DNA from: Eledone cirrhosa
Lineage: Eukaryota
Length of the DNA stretch: 64,000 nucleotides
Direction of reading: 5' to 3'
Assembly: GCA_964016885.1 (NCBI GenBank)
Contig: OZ024754.1
Coordinates: 38,254,001-38,318,000, forward strand
Positions 1 to 14,579 of this stretch are shown here, piece by piece (the first letter of the stretch is position 1; each line of letters starts with the position of its first letter). The translations under genes and the position numbers were made by a program. Below the pieces are notes generated by a model that was not told the origin of the DNA, ran no database searches, and saw nothing but the letters and a program-made list of their open reading frames with translations.

Positions 1-808
<808 letters not shown>

Positions 809-855
809 TATATATATACATATATATATATACACGCATATCTATATATATATAT

Positions 856-886
<31 letters not shown>

Positions 887-1229
887 CACACACACTCACA
901 CACATATATAAATACATATATCTATATATAGAGAGACTTTAGCACTGCACGCATCTATGGCACAGCAAACACTTTCATCATAATCATCATCATCATCATC
1001 GTTTAACGTCTATCTTCCACACTAACATGGGTTTAGACAGGAATTGTCCCACTTGAGGCAAGATTGGTTGTCTTGCTCGTATGGGACTGTGTGGCAGGTT
1101 TTCTACGGCTGGATGCCCTTCCTACCACCAACCACAATGAAGACATTGTCTATGTTTTTTAAGCCATTTTTAAATGGGATTTAGTAATTTACATTATTTA
1201 TTTGGCTTTCATTATTTATTTGGCTTTAA

Positions 1230-1690
1230 AGGGCGGTGGATTGGCAGTATCGGTAGAGGGTCGGACGACATGCTTTCCAGCATAGTTACGTCCCTTTACA
1301 ATCTGAGTTCAAATCCCGCCGAGGTTGACTTTGCCTTTCATCCTTACGGGGTCGATAAAATAAAGTACCAGTAATGCACTGGGTAATTGCTGGCCTTGTG
1401 CCTAAAGTAGAAACAATTATTTATTTGGCTTTAACTTTGCCTTTCATCCTTACGGGGTCGATAAAATAAAGTACCAGTAATGTACTGGGTAATTGCTGGC
1501 CTTGTACCAAAAAGTAGAAACAATTATTTATTTGGCTTTCAGCATAGTTACGCCCCTTTACGATCTGAGTTCAAATCTCGCCGAGGTTAACTTGGCCTTT
1601 CATCCTTACGTGGTCGATAAAATAAAGTACCAGTAATGCACTGGGTAATTTCTGGCCTTGTGCCAAAAGTAGAAACAATTATTTATTTGG
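1230..1690 (+). mobile_element. tRNA-derived SINE family 2 (central GCCTTTCATCCTTACGGGGTCGATAAAATAAAGTACCAG core), one full copy plus two tandem partial copies
   Basis: Box A-like TGGCAGTATCGG and box B-like GAGTTCAAATCC. The same element recurs at ~2230-2370, 2775-2930(-), 13783-13970, 14250-14350, 21604-21790, 29734-29925, 36682-36868(-), 46807-46946, 55600-55783(-) and 60012-60166(-). The core resembles the Meta-domain SINE core (from memory, unverified). Confidence 0.85.
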
Positions 1691-2951
1691 TATTTAGATC
1701 ATGGTTTAACCTGTTGACTGCTGTGTATATTTTACACAGCTACAGTTGCTGTATTGGGTTTTGTTTTCAGTAAAATGACTATTTTTTGAAACAAACATTT
1801 ATTAACAACACATATCTGAATGATAGACAAACACCATATCAATAAACTAGTAACCCCATCTAGCTTTGAAGTTATGAACTGTTGGAAATGAGTTCATAAC
1901 TTTGAAGTTATGAACTGCTGGAAAAGAGTTCAGACATGTTAGAATGAGTTATCTCGTCCGTGGCACTGGAATGCATACATGTTATGACGAGTTATCTCGT
2001 CTACGGAACTGAAGAGGTTAACAAAGGATTAACATAGAATTTTAATGGAAGGTTTCTAGATAAATAAAATCACTTTCAAATAAACAGCTTAGTATCATAG
2101 AACCAATGAGGTTTGATGTAGTTTGGTATCAAAAGGGTTGAGATACACAAACCTAACAACCCTTTCTAGTAAATAATCTCCTAAATCAACACCACTTACT
2201 CAGAGAATTACTAAACAAACTGGGTACCATTGGCAATATCGGTAGAGGGTCGGATGCCATGCTTTGCCTTTCATCCTTACAGGGTCGATAAAATAAAGTA
2301 CTAGTAATGCACGATTTAATCGACTTTCTCCTCCCTCCAAATTACTGGCCTTGTGCCTATACTAGAAATCATTATAAAGTTATATATGCCACATGCCAGA
2401 ACCTTATAGTAAAAAATCAGAAGAAGAATTCTTTGAAATCCTACATGAAACAGCTAGTTAATGTGGACAACATCTCCCCCCATGGATGTTGAAAGCCTTT
2501 TCACTAACATCTCCCCCCATGGATGTTGAAAGCCTTTTCACTAACATCTCAGTGATTGAAATAATAAATATAATCCTGGGATAAGATATGCATGCATGGT
2601 CCTGTAACTCCCAAGGAAGTCATAGGGGTATATGGTGTTTCTTGAGGAATTTTAAAACATGCCAGAACCCATCCCTCTCCAGGCTGAAATACAGCAGATT
2701 TTTTCCATGGAAAGATAGAAAGTGAGAGAGAGGAAATGAGAGAGAGAGAGAGAGAGATATATAGAGGAAGAATCGACCCCAGTATTAGACTGGTACTTTT
2801 TTTCTCTACCTCGAAAGGATGAAAGGCAAAGTTGACGCCGGCAGGATTTGAACTAAGAGAATAGATAGCCGAAATACATTCTGAAAAGCATTCTATCTGA
2901 CATTCTAGCGATTCTGCCAATTCGTTACCTCCTGCATAGCATGGATACATA

Positions 2952-3016
<65 letters not shown>

Positions 3017-3830
3017 AAGGTTTGCAATCAAAAGGTTGTGAGTTCAATTCTCAGACCGGGTGATGTGTTGTTTCCTTGAGCAAGACACTTTATTTCACAT
3101 TGCTCCAGTTTACTCAGCTGTAGAAATGAGATGATAGGGACTGGGGTCCCTATCATTCCACTGCAAAGTGGTCGTGGAGGTGCCACGGCAAAAAAGCACC
3201 CAGCACTCACTGTAAATGAGGTTGGTGTTAGGAAGGGCATCCAGCTGTAGAAATCAAGCCAGAATCAGTTCCCGTCCCACCCTTGCAAGCAGGGAAAAAG
3301 TGGACGTAAAAATGAAATGATGAAATGATATATATATATATATACATATATTGTCTACATTTGACTTATATGTGTGTGTGTGTGTATATCCTCATCATCA
3401 TCATCATCGTTGTTTAACTAGCGTGGGTTAGTCGGGTTGTCCCATTAGAGGCAAATTGGGTCAGGTGACAGTGTCTTGCTCATATAGAACAGTTTCTGGC
3501 TATATATATATGCCAGCAACAATTCCACTTCCTGCTCTAATATAACTATTAGAATTGCTATACTATTCATATGTCTCCTGGACAGCGATGTAAACACTAC
3601 AATAAATCAGTAGCATATCAAAAACTAAAAGCACACATCTTAAACTGTCTGATAAGAACATGTCAGAAGGCTATAATGTAATGGAAAGAAGATGTACAAA
3701 TAAAACTGTCTCACTTATTCATAATATTGAAACTCTGGTTGATACCTTACTGAGAAAATTCTAAGGAATACAAATTGTAGAGTGCTTTACGTCTGTTTAC
3801 AAAGACGTCGGCGGATTATATGATCAACCA

Positions 3831-3870
<40 letters not shown>

Positions 3871-4295
3871 AAACATACATATGTGCATATATATATATTT
3901 ATATATGGAGGCACATGGCTTAGTGGTTAGAGCATTGGCCTTGCAATCCACTATAAAGTGGTCGTGGAGGTGCCACAGCAAAAAAGCACCCAGCACTCAC
4001 TGTAAATGAGGTTGGTGTTAGGAAGGGCATCCAGCTGTAGAAATCAATCCAGAATCAGTTCCCGTCCCACCCTTGCAAGCAGGGAAAAGCGGACGTAAAA
4101 TGATGATGATGATATATATGATGGCTGCCCCCTCGTCATATTAATTCTATCGTGCAATGCCTGTGCGTGAAGATATTTTATAAAGTGAGGAAAGACTGTG
4201 CACTGAGCCAATCCCACTCTCTAAGCAACAGTAGCTATAACCCGAAAAGAAGAAAAGATCAACATCATCGGTAACTACTACATATATACATACAT

Positions 4296-4700
4296 GGTGG
4301 CTGCCAACTCGTTTTCGAGTACGGCCAGTACTTTATATCCATGTAGGAGAACCCCTACCGATGCGCTGAACGAGTGTGACTTTTTAGTCCAGCCAGCGAC
4401 TTGAAAACTCTGGTACAAACACTACACCTGTGACAATTATTGACACATAGTGCTGGGCCCATGGTATGTGACGACAAGTGCAGAGAGATCTCCAGATATA
4501 AAGCAATGCCTGTGCCGTGAAGCTTTTATAGTGAGCAAAGGCACTGCACAAAGCCAGTCCCACTCTCTTAACCAAGATGATATTTACCAAAAAGAAGAAC
4601 AAGTCAACATCATTGGATACCATCAGGGTTGCAGGTGTTATATCAGAGTTTTCCTTCTCCTAGAATTCTGCCTTGACAAAGGCTAAGAGGTCATCTCTAC
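4296..4700. repeat. ~400-bp interspersed repeat; near-identical inverted copy at ~35957-36362
   Basis: Direct sequence match. The spurious ORFs 4450-4686 and 35968-36186 are almost identical. Both copies abut TA-rich microsatellite. Confidence 0.8.
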
Positions 4701-4729
4701 ATACATACATATATACATATATACATACA

Positions 4730-4760
<31 letters not shown>

Positions 4761-5552
4761 CACACCCCAGACACATCCAAATCTCTCTTATATATAGTCA
4801 CACATTTCAACACAACCTGATCTCAGTTTGACAATCGCCACAGACAGATGAATGCGAGAAAGTTCTCCAACCCAAGTTAACCACGAATCTCTAAAATTCT
4901 TCCCACCAAAGTTAACAAAGAACTTACTAGATCAACCAACTCATAATATTATAATATAAAATTAAATCAAAAATTTTTTAACACTACAAGTGAAGTCATT
5001 CTTTTCCTTTTTTTTCAAATATATATATATATATAACGAAGGAAGTGTGGTAAGGAACCAGGTGGACCATAACGCACCAGAGTACTTGATACTTTGGGTA
5101 GTAGAGTGGGTAATAGGAAAAGATTCAGGACCCCGATGGTAGAGCTCAAGCCGTCTCGACGGCTATTTCTGGACTCCAGAAATAGCCATCGAAACGGCTT
5201 GAGCTCTGCTGTCGGGGTCCTGACTCTTTTCCTATATACATATATATATATACATATCTATTTCTCCTCATCAATTTGATTTGTCGGGCTTAAGCCCACA
5301 GGATTCATTGACTTGTCTCTATTTTCCTCTCTTTACATTGCATACCACCATGTGTTTGTTTCCTTCCCTCTGTTTTCCCACTGTCCTGAAAACTTAATTG
5401 AGTTATCGGTCTCACTGATTTTAGGTATCTAGTCTTTAATGCGTCGAAATACAAACGATAATCAGCAGACTACTGAAGAGGACATTTTACCCCTTGTCTA
5501 TTTTTATTCATATGTTCATGTTCGCAACAACGCAGCACGCCATTCTTCATTC

Positions 5553-5628
<76 letters not shown>

Positions 5629-6145
5629 CAATCGAAAGGTTGTGAGTTCAATTCTCAGACCGGGTGATGTGTTGTTTCCTTGAGCAAGACACTTTATTTC
5701 ACATTGCTCCAGTTTACTCAGCTGTAGAAATGAGATGATAGGGACTGGGGTCCCTATCATTCCACTGCAAAGTGGTCGTGGAGGTGCCACGGCAAAAAAG
5801 CACCCAGCACTCACTGTAAATGAGGTTGGTGTTAGGAAGGGCATCCAGCTGTAGAAATCAAGCCAGAATCAGTTCCCGTCCCACCCTTGCAAGCAGGGAA
5901 AAAGCGGACGTAAAATGAAATGATGATATATATTTATATATATATATTTATATATATCACAATAAATTAACGGAGCCTTAGACTCTCGCTATTCCCTGTC
6001 AGTAATGTGCTCAAAGGAGAAGGAATCCCGAGCCCTTTATAATACAATATGTAGAAAAGATAACACACTAGAGAGAGAGATAGTGCGCCATCAGTCAAAC
6101 AGGTGTGTTATCTTTTCTACATATTGTATATATATCTTCTATCTT

Positions 6146-6418
6146 CTATATATATAAAAGCGAGGATGTGTGTGTGTCTGTGTACAACTTTAGATACCTA
6201 AGGCTTTTACAATTACCAACCGAATTATCGGCAGCAAAATTGATGTAAGGGAGATAACCAACTTTATTGACAATCCTTATAAAAATATAAACATCAGATT
6301 CATTTGAAGATAAATCACTAATATTATCGTTTGATTCTTGTTTATTTTTTTGTTGCATTTCAAACCCCGGGCAACTGGTAGTATATATATATACAAACCC
6401 CGGGTAAATCTGGTAGTA
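6146..6418 (+). mobile_element. Probable non-autonomous Helitron remnant
   Basis: 5' TCTATATATATAAAA start. 3' CCCCGGGCAAC...TGGTAG end, present twice. Confidence 0.45.
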
Positions 6419-7487
6419 TATATATATATCATTTCATCATCATCATTTCATTTTATGTCCGCTTTTCCCTGCTTGCAAGGGTGGGACGGGAACTGATTCT
6501 GGCTTGATTTCTACAGCTGGATGCCCTTCCTAACACCAACCTCATTTACAGTGAGTGCTGGGTGCTTTTTTTGCCGTGGCATCTCCACGACCACTTATAT
6601 ATTGATCAGAACAATATTTTGAACTCACACTGATAAAATTTGATTTCTGACTTGTATCTAATGGCACTTTATATATAATGTCTTGTAGCTGACACGTTTA
6701 CACATGTAAAGTAGCAGTGTGTTAAGTTTTCTCACCTGGCACGCAAACATCATGTTTTCTATAGTCACATACAAACCAGTACATACATGCTAAGTCAAAC
6801 ACATACATGTGCTCAAACAAACACACTCACACACACACACATACACACACACACCACACACACATACACACACACCACACACATATACCGTCTATACATT
6901 GATTATTACCAAATCTAGAAACCAGCTGAGCATTACACATATCTCAGGACATTAACGTTTTTATTTAGCAGAAAAAGAGAGAGCGTTATTTAATCTTGTG
7001 ACCAGTTAACCAGCAGACCATTGTATTGTGTATGACATAATGTCTTCACTCTATCATTATATATATATATATATATATAGGAAAAAGTATGACCCCGACG
7101 GCAGAGCTCAAGCCGTTTCGACAACTATTTTTGAACTGAAATAGTCCAAAAATAGCCGTCGAAACGGCTTGAGCTCTGCCGTCGGGGTCATACTATTTCC
7201 TATTTCCCACTCTACTACCCTAAGTATTGAGTACTCTGGTGTGTTATGGTCCATTTGGTTCCTTACCACAATTCCTTTGTTATATATATATATATATATA
7301 TATATACTAGATATGTATATATATATATGTATATATGTATATATGTATATATATATGTATATATGTATATATGTATATATATATGTATATATGTATATAT
7401 ATATGTATATATGTATATATATATATACTAGATATGTATATATGTATACACGTATATATGTATATACGTATATATGTATATATATGT

Positions 7488-7541
<54 letters not shown>

Positions 7542-7805
7542 GTGTATATAAATGAAAGGTATAGAAAATATTGTAGCAAAGAGCCAACAGTATTCCATAA
7601 TATATAAGTGACCATAGCGTCAAAATGGGAAAAATAGTTAACGTAAGATGTGGGAAAAATAATTCAAACTCAATTCAAAAAAGAATCAGGATATAAATTC
7701 ATCCAACAGAATTTAGTGAAATCCAGGGAAGAATCAATAGAGCCTTAACTCATGATAAAATAAAGTTTAAAATACTCATCCTTCAATATATATATTAATA
7801 CTATT

Positions 7806-8147
7806 CATCATTTCATCATTTCATTTTACGTCCACTTTTCCCTGCTTGCAAGGGTGGGACGGGAACTGATTCTGGCTTGATTTCTACAGCTGGATGCCCT
7901 TCCTAACACCAACCTCATTTACAGTGAGTGCTGGGTGCTTTTTTGCCGTGGCACCTCCACGACCACTTTTCAGTGGAATGATAGGAACCCCAGTCCATAT
8001 CATCTCATTTCTACAGCTGAGTAAACTGGAGCAATGTGAAATAAAGTGTCTTGCTCAAGGAAACAACACATCCCCCGGTCTGAGAATTGAACTCGCAACC
8101 TTTCGATTGCAAGGCCAATGCTCTAACCACTAAGCCATGTGCCTCCA
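7806..8147 (-). mobile_element. Full-length tRNA-derived CORE-like SINE family 1 with RTE-derived 3' tail
   Basis: Head TGGCTTAGTGGTTAGAGC...GAGTTCAATTCTC, CORE-like CCTTGAGCAAGACACTT, and a tail shared with the RTE LINE 3' end, ending in (GAT)n-like repeats. Other copies at 3016-3330, 3907-4112, 5628-5926, 6430-6595(-), 20536-20690, 24729-25065 and 25324-25664(-). Confidence 0.85.
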
Positions 8148-8326
8148 TTATATTTACTAAAGTATTAAGGATACTATTTATGGTTATGTATATACTAAAA
8201 CCTTTTATAGTTATATATATATTGTACCCTAAATAGTGAAAGACAGTAATTTATTACTATCTTATTACCAGTAAGATAAATAGCTCAATGTAACAACATC
8301 AGTTGTTTTACAGAGCAGTTATATAG

Positions 8327-9122
8327 AGATTACATGAAACAAAGTTCTGTTTAAATCATTTATCTGCTTACAATTGTTTCTTCCAAACCGAGGTTTGGAG
8401 TCTTCGGAGCAATTATTCAGTGATTTTTAACATACTTGACCTCCTTTTCATAGAGACATATAGAAACATATGTATATATTGACCCACAGGGGGTTGACAT
8501 CCATTATAATAATATAGCATGGTAATTTACATACAAAGATTACAGTCATATTAAAGGACAAAATAAAAATAAAAATAAAAATAAAACATTGGCAGTCTAC
8601 TAAGATAAAGCAAAAGGAAAGTTTGGAGTAGCCAGTGTATGCAACAGTCACACGTGTGGCATGCACGCGTGTCCTTTTTATACAAGATTATAGTGCGGCA
8701 GATTGTTACAAGTAAAACAAGCAGTCAAAGCAGGCAATCAAGAGCATCATGGGGGTGAACTGGTTAAGCATTATTTACACACACCTGTACGATATAGAAG
8801 CCCGTGTGTGGAGAAACACCAAAAATATGAAAAATATTACAAATGAGAAGCAAAACAGCACCACTGTCCTCGTACACACCACCACTCTCACAATCCAGGA
8901 AACTGTAATCTTTGTATGTAAATTACCATGCTATATTATTATAATGGATGTCAACCCACTGTGGGTCAATATATACATATGTTTCTATATGTCTCTTGTG
9001 TTGAAAAGGAGGTCAAGTATGTTAAAAATCACTGAATAATTGCTCCGAAGACTCCAAACCTCGGTTTGGAAGAAACAATTGTAAGCAGATAAATGATTTA
9101 AACAGAACTTTGTTTCATGTAA

Positions 9123-9125
<3 letters not shown>
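8327..9125. mobile_element. Fold-back element (arms 8327-8546 and 8902-9125), each arm with a hammerhead-like motif
   Basis: ~220-bp inverted repeat read directly. The right end abuts (TA)n. Confidence 0.75.
9041..9087 (+). ncRNA. Type I hammerhead-like motif, family I (U4C core variant); mirror copy 8365-8411(-)
   Basis: tgct CCGAAGA c-tccaaacc-tc-ggtttgga-a GAAA caattg TA agca. Stem I tgct/agca, 8-bp stem II, palindromic stem III ACAATTGT, GUA triplet. Confidence 0.6.
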
Positions 9126-9174
<49 letters not shown>

Positions 9175-9236
9175 CAAAAGGTAAATGGAAACAACAAAGC
9201 AAATAACACAATACAATGATGAAATATAATAGTTTA

Positions 9237-9361
<125 letters not shown>

Positions 9362-9462
9362 TATATACATATAAGTATATACATATAAGTATATATATAT
9401 ATATATATATAATAAGAAAATGTGAAGTAGTATATGTAAATGTGTATATATATATATATATA

Positions 9463-9530
<68 letters not shown>

Positions 9531-9583
9531 TATAATAAGAAAATGTGAAGTAGTTTCAGATGTTAAAGTCCTTTATTGATAAG

Positions 9584-9660
9584 GCTGTGATACATATTTC
9601 AATGACGACAGTGGCCACACGATCCGCGTAGTACCCAGTGTCATGATCTCATCAGACAGC
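9584..9660 (-). ncRNA. Type I hammerhead ribozyme motif, family D
   Basis: Reverse complement: gctgt CTGATGA gatcatgac...gtcatt GAAA tatgta TC acagc. Stem I gctgt/acagc, AUC triplet, AATAAA just downstream. Confidence 0.65.
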
Positions 9661-9989
9661 TTCTTACATAATAAGGTTACGTTCTCGAGGCAATCCAAGT
9701 TAAAACAACAAGAGAACAGACAAAGATGATGTTCTTGAAGCCTTCGCCTGTTCCCACAGGGAACTTTGGAGTTACTGCTCTCCTAGATGGGTTGCCTTTC
9801 ATAAAGATAAGGAACCAAGTCTTTCCATATAGTTAAGGGGGGAGGGGGTCAGTGAGGAGGTAGTGAGAAGGCTGGGACTGCAGCAGTAGTTGGTAGATGT
9901 GCGCCACAGGACAAAAGATTGTAGGGTTTAGATTGTCAAGATTGGTTGTTGAATGACAGATGTATTTAACTCAAATTAATTAATTAATT

Positions 9990-10350
9990 AATCAAGTACT
10001 AATGTGCGTAGCTCAGAGACCAGAGACTCACTCCAGGTAGAGTCGCTACTTCTCTGAATTACGAGATCACAGCTATGATACTACAGATATGTTGTTAGAA
10101 TGGTAGAGCCACTACTAATCCAAATTGAGCTCCGATACTATGGGCATGTGGTTAGAATGTCTAAAGAAAGAAGCACTGAACAGATTTTATGGGCAAAACT
10201 AACCAGCAAGAGACTCCGGGGTAGACCCCGAGCAAGATGGTTGGATAACATCCATGAGCTTGGCTGGTCATGCTTGGGGATCCAGCTGGATTAGTTGGAG
10301 ATGATTGCTTCTGACAGGACCCACTGGAGGGAGTGTTTGATGACTCTGCC
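9990..10350 (+). mobile_element. RTE-like LINE 3' ORF fragment
   Basis: LRYYGHVVRM...RLRGRPRARWLD, the typical RTE-clade C-terminal motif. Confidence 0.7.
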
Positions 10351-11879
10351 CCTAGAAGAAGAAGAAGTATTAAATAACATTCTTTCCCTGGCATATTCCC
10401 CCCACCCATGGGTAGATCAAATAACACCCCATCTCTGAAGCCTGTCAGATAAATCTAGTTTTTCGCTGTCCACAGAAAAAAAGGATTTTTTGGGAGGGTT
10501 TTACAATTGTTACAATAAAGTGATAACTCCAATGCGTTGCAAAAAGATTAAATACTTTACACCAAACTACAGATATAACAGAGAATGAACGCTGTACAGT
10601 GCATAGTAAATTGATTAAATTCAACAAACCACCAACAAAATACTAGTTATGCAACTCAAATTAATCGGTTGAGCAAACTCATTACAGTTAGTGACTATAT
10701 ATAGCTATTAACAACATTTCTTCCTCTGGGGCATATCGAATGATAATTCTGTCAGTGATCTGGATAAAACAAGATATAAAATTGTCCACAGAGAGAAAGA
10801 ATAAAAAAACATTGTTGTTACAACGCAGTAGTATTTTTGATGCTTTGGGGAAAATTATTTCACTTACACTACAAATAAAGCAGGGAATTAACTTTCCTGA
10901 GTCATTCTAACAACCACATGACCAGAATCTTGGCGGCGCTGAAAAACTAAAGGATCATGTTCCACTGCCCTATTTTCTGAATAAGTAATGAAGAAAATAC
11001 CTGATTTCAAAACTTTCTAAAGCATTATAACCACTAGCAGAAAAACCACCCATGTGTAGTGTGTATATTAATATTATACGCAAGTATATATACATGTAGA
11101 TATGATACATCAAATAAAATCATAATTGACAATATATAATACATAGAAATTGAACGAAGACTGCATTACACTGTCTTATTTAATCAGTAACGTAATCCAT
11201 GATACATTAAAAAAGACGATATTATATATAAACTGCATTAGGAGAAAATTAATGACAGAAAATTAGTATGTTTATTTAAGCGATGGCCAACCAGACGTGT
11301 TGACATTTCAGAAATGTTAAAGAAGTGAATCTTTAAATAAACAAAATATATTTAATCAACAGCCACGAAATTTAGTAGATAAATTATGTAATATTCATTC
11401 ATTATTTATTCAAAGTAATCCAACTTATTTTACTAATGGGATAAAAAATGTTAAACCGTACGCAGTCCCGTACTCCTTACTTTATTATAGTTTAGATTTA
11501 ACTTACAACATGTATTTTGTTATGTTCACGTGGTTATAGCTGGCTGATTGAGAAGTTATCTTCACAATCACTGAGTTCTAGATTCAATCCCACCATGTAA
11601 CATATTGGGCATGTGACTTTTGCCACAATCTCCAGCTGGTTTTGCTCGTAAAATGTATCCAGCGATTCTTTCCTGAGACATTCTAACCACCACATGCCCA
11701 TATAATCAAGGCTGTGATCTCTCAATTCGGAGAAGTAGTGGCTCTACCTGGAGTGACTCTCTGGTGTCCAAGCTGCACACTCTATCGAGTAACATTGTTC
11801 TAAAGACCTTTCAGAGGAACCCCATTTCGGCTGCTTATATACATAGCAAAATAGACTCAGACTCAGAAGCTCCCGCGTG

Positions 11880-12570
11880 ACGCATGAGGCAATCATAGTG
11901 TTCCATCGAGTTCGGTCAGCAGCCAGTTGCACAGCGTCCCGCCATTGTCTGTTTGTCACTCACAGGTCCCTCTCAACTGTCTGGCGCCAGTTCATTTCGG
12001 GTCGCCCTCTCCGTCTGCTTCTCTGTGTGTTCCATTTAGGTACTTGGTTTGCCAGTCTCTCCGGGGGAAGTCTCAAAGTGTGCCCAAACCAGCCCAGGCG
12101 TCGCTTGCAGATGGCAGAAGAGACTAGCTGCTGGTTGGTGCGGTTCCTGACTTCCTGGTTTGTTACATGGTCACTCCATTTAATCCCCAGGATCTTTCGC
12201 AGACACCTGGAATCGAATGCGTCCAACTTCTTCTCTTGGCTGGTCTTAAGGTGCCATGTCTCACTTCCATACAAGAGTGTGGACAGCACGTTGCTGTTGT
12301 AGAATCTCATCTTTGTTTTGAGGGTGAACTTCCTGCTCTTCCAGATCTTGACAAGCTGGTTAAATGCTGCTGAAACCTTTCCCATTCTACATTGCAATTC
12401 ACTGTCCATGGCACCCCCATTGTCAATGGAGCTTCCTAGGTAGGTGAAGTTGTCCACCATCTCTACCTCCCCCTGTTCAATGAAAACACTAGTTGGTGAT
12501 GGGTGTGTCCCAGATAACATGCTTTTGGTCTTCTTAGCACTGATATTGAGACCTAAACTTACTGCTTTGA
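11880..12570 (-). mobile_element. RTE-clade LINE fragment (C-terminal part of ORF)
   Basis: VDNFTYLGS...VLSTLLYGSETW...RRLGWFGHTLR...RRRGRP..W in ORF 11960-12520. Confidence 0.9.
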
Positions 12571-12887
12571 TATTGAAAATAGACCAACATGAAAATATCT
12601 AACATAGATTTCATTCAAGGCAGCAATTGTGGCAAGTTGTGTATTTCTTCATATTTTATTTATCTCATATTTCAATGTCGCCTTTTACTTTCGTGTTTTC
12701 TGTCTATAATTTTCTCAGTGAGTAATTTTACTTTTTGCTTTTCTATAATTGTTGTTGTGTTTTCTGTGTTTTCTCTTGACAAGAGACAGTAAATCAATGT
12801 CGTAAAAGACAATAAGGTTGCTGAGGTTGCTTATCTATATGGCTACTAGCACTTGCTCTCTCACTCTCTCTCTCTCTCTGTCCCTGC

Positions 12888-12923
<36 letters not shown>

Positions 12924-13069
12924 GTGTGTGTATGGCTGGTGGACTTGATATATATATATATATATATGGCTGCTAATATTGGGTATATATATATATATAT
13001 ATTTGGCTGCAGGGATATGGCTATCGGATTACTAACATTAATAGCTTCTTATGAGAAGAGATTGGGAGA

Positions 13070-13133
13070 GATTGGGCAAGAGAGAGAGGGAGAGGGAGAG
13101 GGAGAGAGAGATGGGGGGGGGGGGAGATTAGGC

Positions 13134-13165
<32 letters not shown>

Positions 13166-13243
13166 TAGAGATTGGGCAAGAGAGAGAGGGAGAGGGAGAG
13201 GGAGAGAGAGAAATGGGGGGGGGATTAGGCAAGAGAGAGAGAC

Positions 13244-13274
<31 letters not shown>

Positions 13275-13365
13275 TAGAGATTGGGCAAGAGAGAGAGGGA
13301 GAGGGAGAGGGAGAGAGTGAGATGGGGGGGGGGATTAGGCAAGAGAGAGAGACAGAGAGAGAGAC

Positions 13366-13396
<31 letters not shown>

Positions 13397-13540
13397 TAGA
13401 GATTGGGCAAGAGAGAGAGAGAGAGGGAGAGGGAGAGAGAGAGAGAGATGGGGGGGGGGGGATTAGGCAAGAGAGAGAGACAGAGAGAGAGAAAGAGAGA
13501 GAGAGAGAGAGGGAGAGATTGGGCAAGAGAGAGAGAGAGT
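13070..13540. repeat. GA-rich compound minisatellite
   Basis: Repeated ATTGGGCAAGAGAGAG.../GGGGATTAGGCAAGAG... units. Confidence 0.9.
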
Positions 13541-14160
13541 TCCATGACTGTGGGAATGGTTTTGTGTGGATCATCAGCTGTCATAGTTGTGGCTATGACA
13601 GCTATTTGTCAAGGATTGTGTAAGTGAAACTTTATGTTGAGGTGTGTATATCAGATAGAGGAGATGTTGTATATAAACACTCACATCACTCATACTACAC
13701 ACACATCTCACACACCACACACACACCACACCACAAACACACCACACATACACCACACATGCACCACACATGCACACAAATAAGGGTGGTGGATTGGCAG
13801 TATTGGTAGAATGTCAGACATCCTGCTTTGTGACATAGAGTTACGGCCATTTACGTTATGCGTTCAAATCCTGTCGAGGTTAGCTATGCCTTTCACCCTT
13901 ACGGAGTCGATAAAATAAAGTACCAGTCACACACAGGGGTCGATATAATCGACTTTCCCCTCCCCTAAAATATTAAAGGCCTTTCTCTACAAATGTCCCT
14001 CGGAAGTCTCCCCCCCTATTGGGGAATTTTTCATTGTTATTTTTTTGTTACATCCTCTGTTTTTGTTTTTTACACGCAGAAATGCCTATTTGTACCGTCC
14101 TGTATTGTCCTGCACTGTCCTTAATGTCTACTTTATGTAAACCCTTGTTAATAAAGAAAG

Positions 14161-14216
<56 letters not shown>

Positions 14217-14362
14217 TTTGAGTCTCAGTTATTGATGTTATTTAATTGGAAAGTTAACTTTGCCTTTCATTCTTCCGGGGTCGATAGAATAAAGTACCAG
14301 TAATGCATTGGGTAATTGCTGGCCTTGTGCCAAAAGTAGAAACAATTATTTAATTGGAAAGT

Positions 14363-14530
14363 TTATTCAAATGAACATCTAGCCGCTACCTGCAGCCTCA
14401 GGACGTATCGAAGGGTTCTTGCTGTTCCCAGAAAACACGCCTTGAAGTGTTCCAAGTGTTCTGATTTCTTGTCTGTCTGTATCCTGATATCCCATAGCAC
14501 TTTCACTTGATCGTTTTCAAGGGAACAATT
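14363..14530 (-). mobile_element. R4/Dong-like LINE restriction-like-endonuclease C-terminal fragment (internally deleted)
   Basis: ENDQVKVLWDIRIQTDK and KACFLGTARTLRYVL match the conserved C-terminus of RLE-type non-LTR elements. Confidence 0.65.
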
Positions 14531-14579
14531 GAGGTAAGCTCCACTAAAGAGTGATGACCTCACACTTGCCGCAAGTTAC

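Noticed and set aside
8080-8147. tRNA genes at SINE heads
   Set aside because: A and B boxes are present, but there is no full cloverleaf and they are always fused to SINE bodies.
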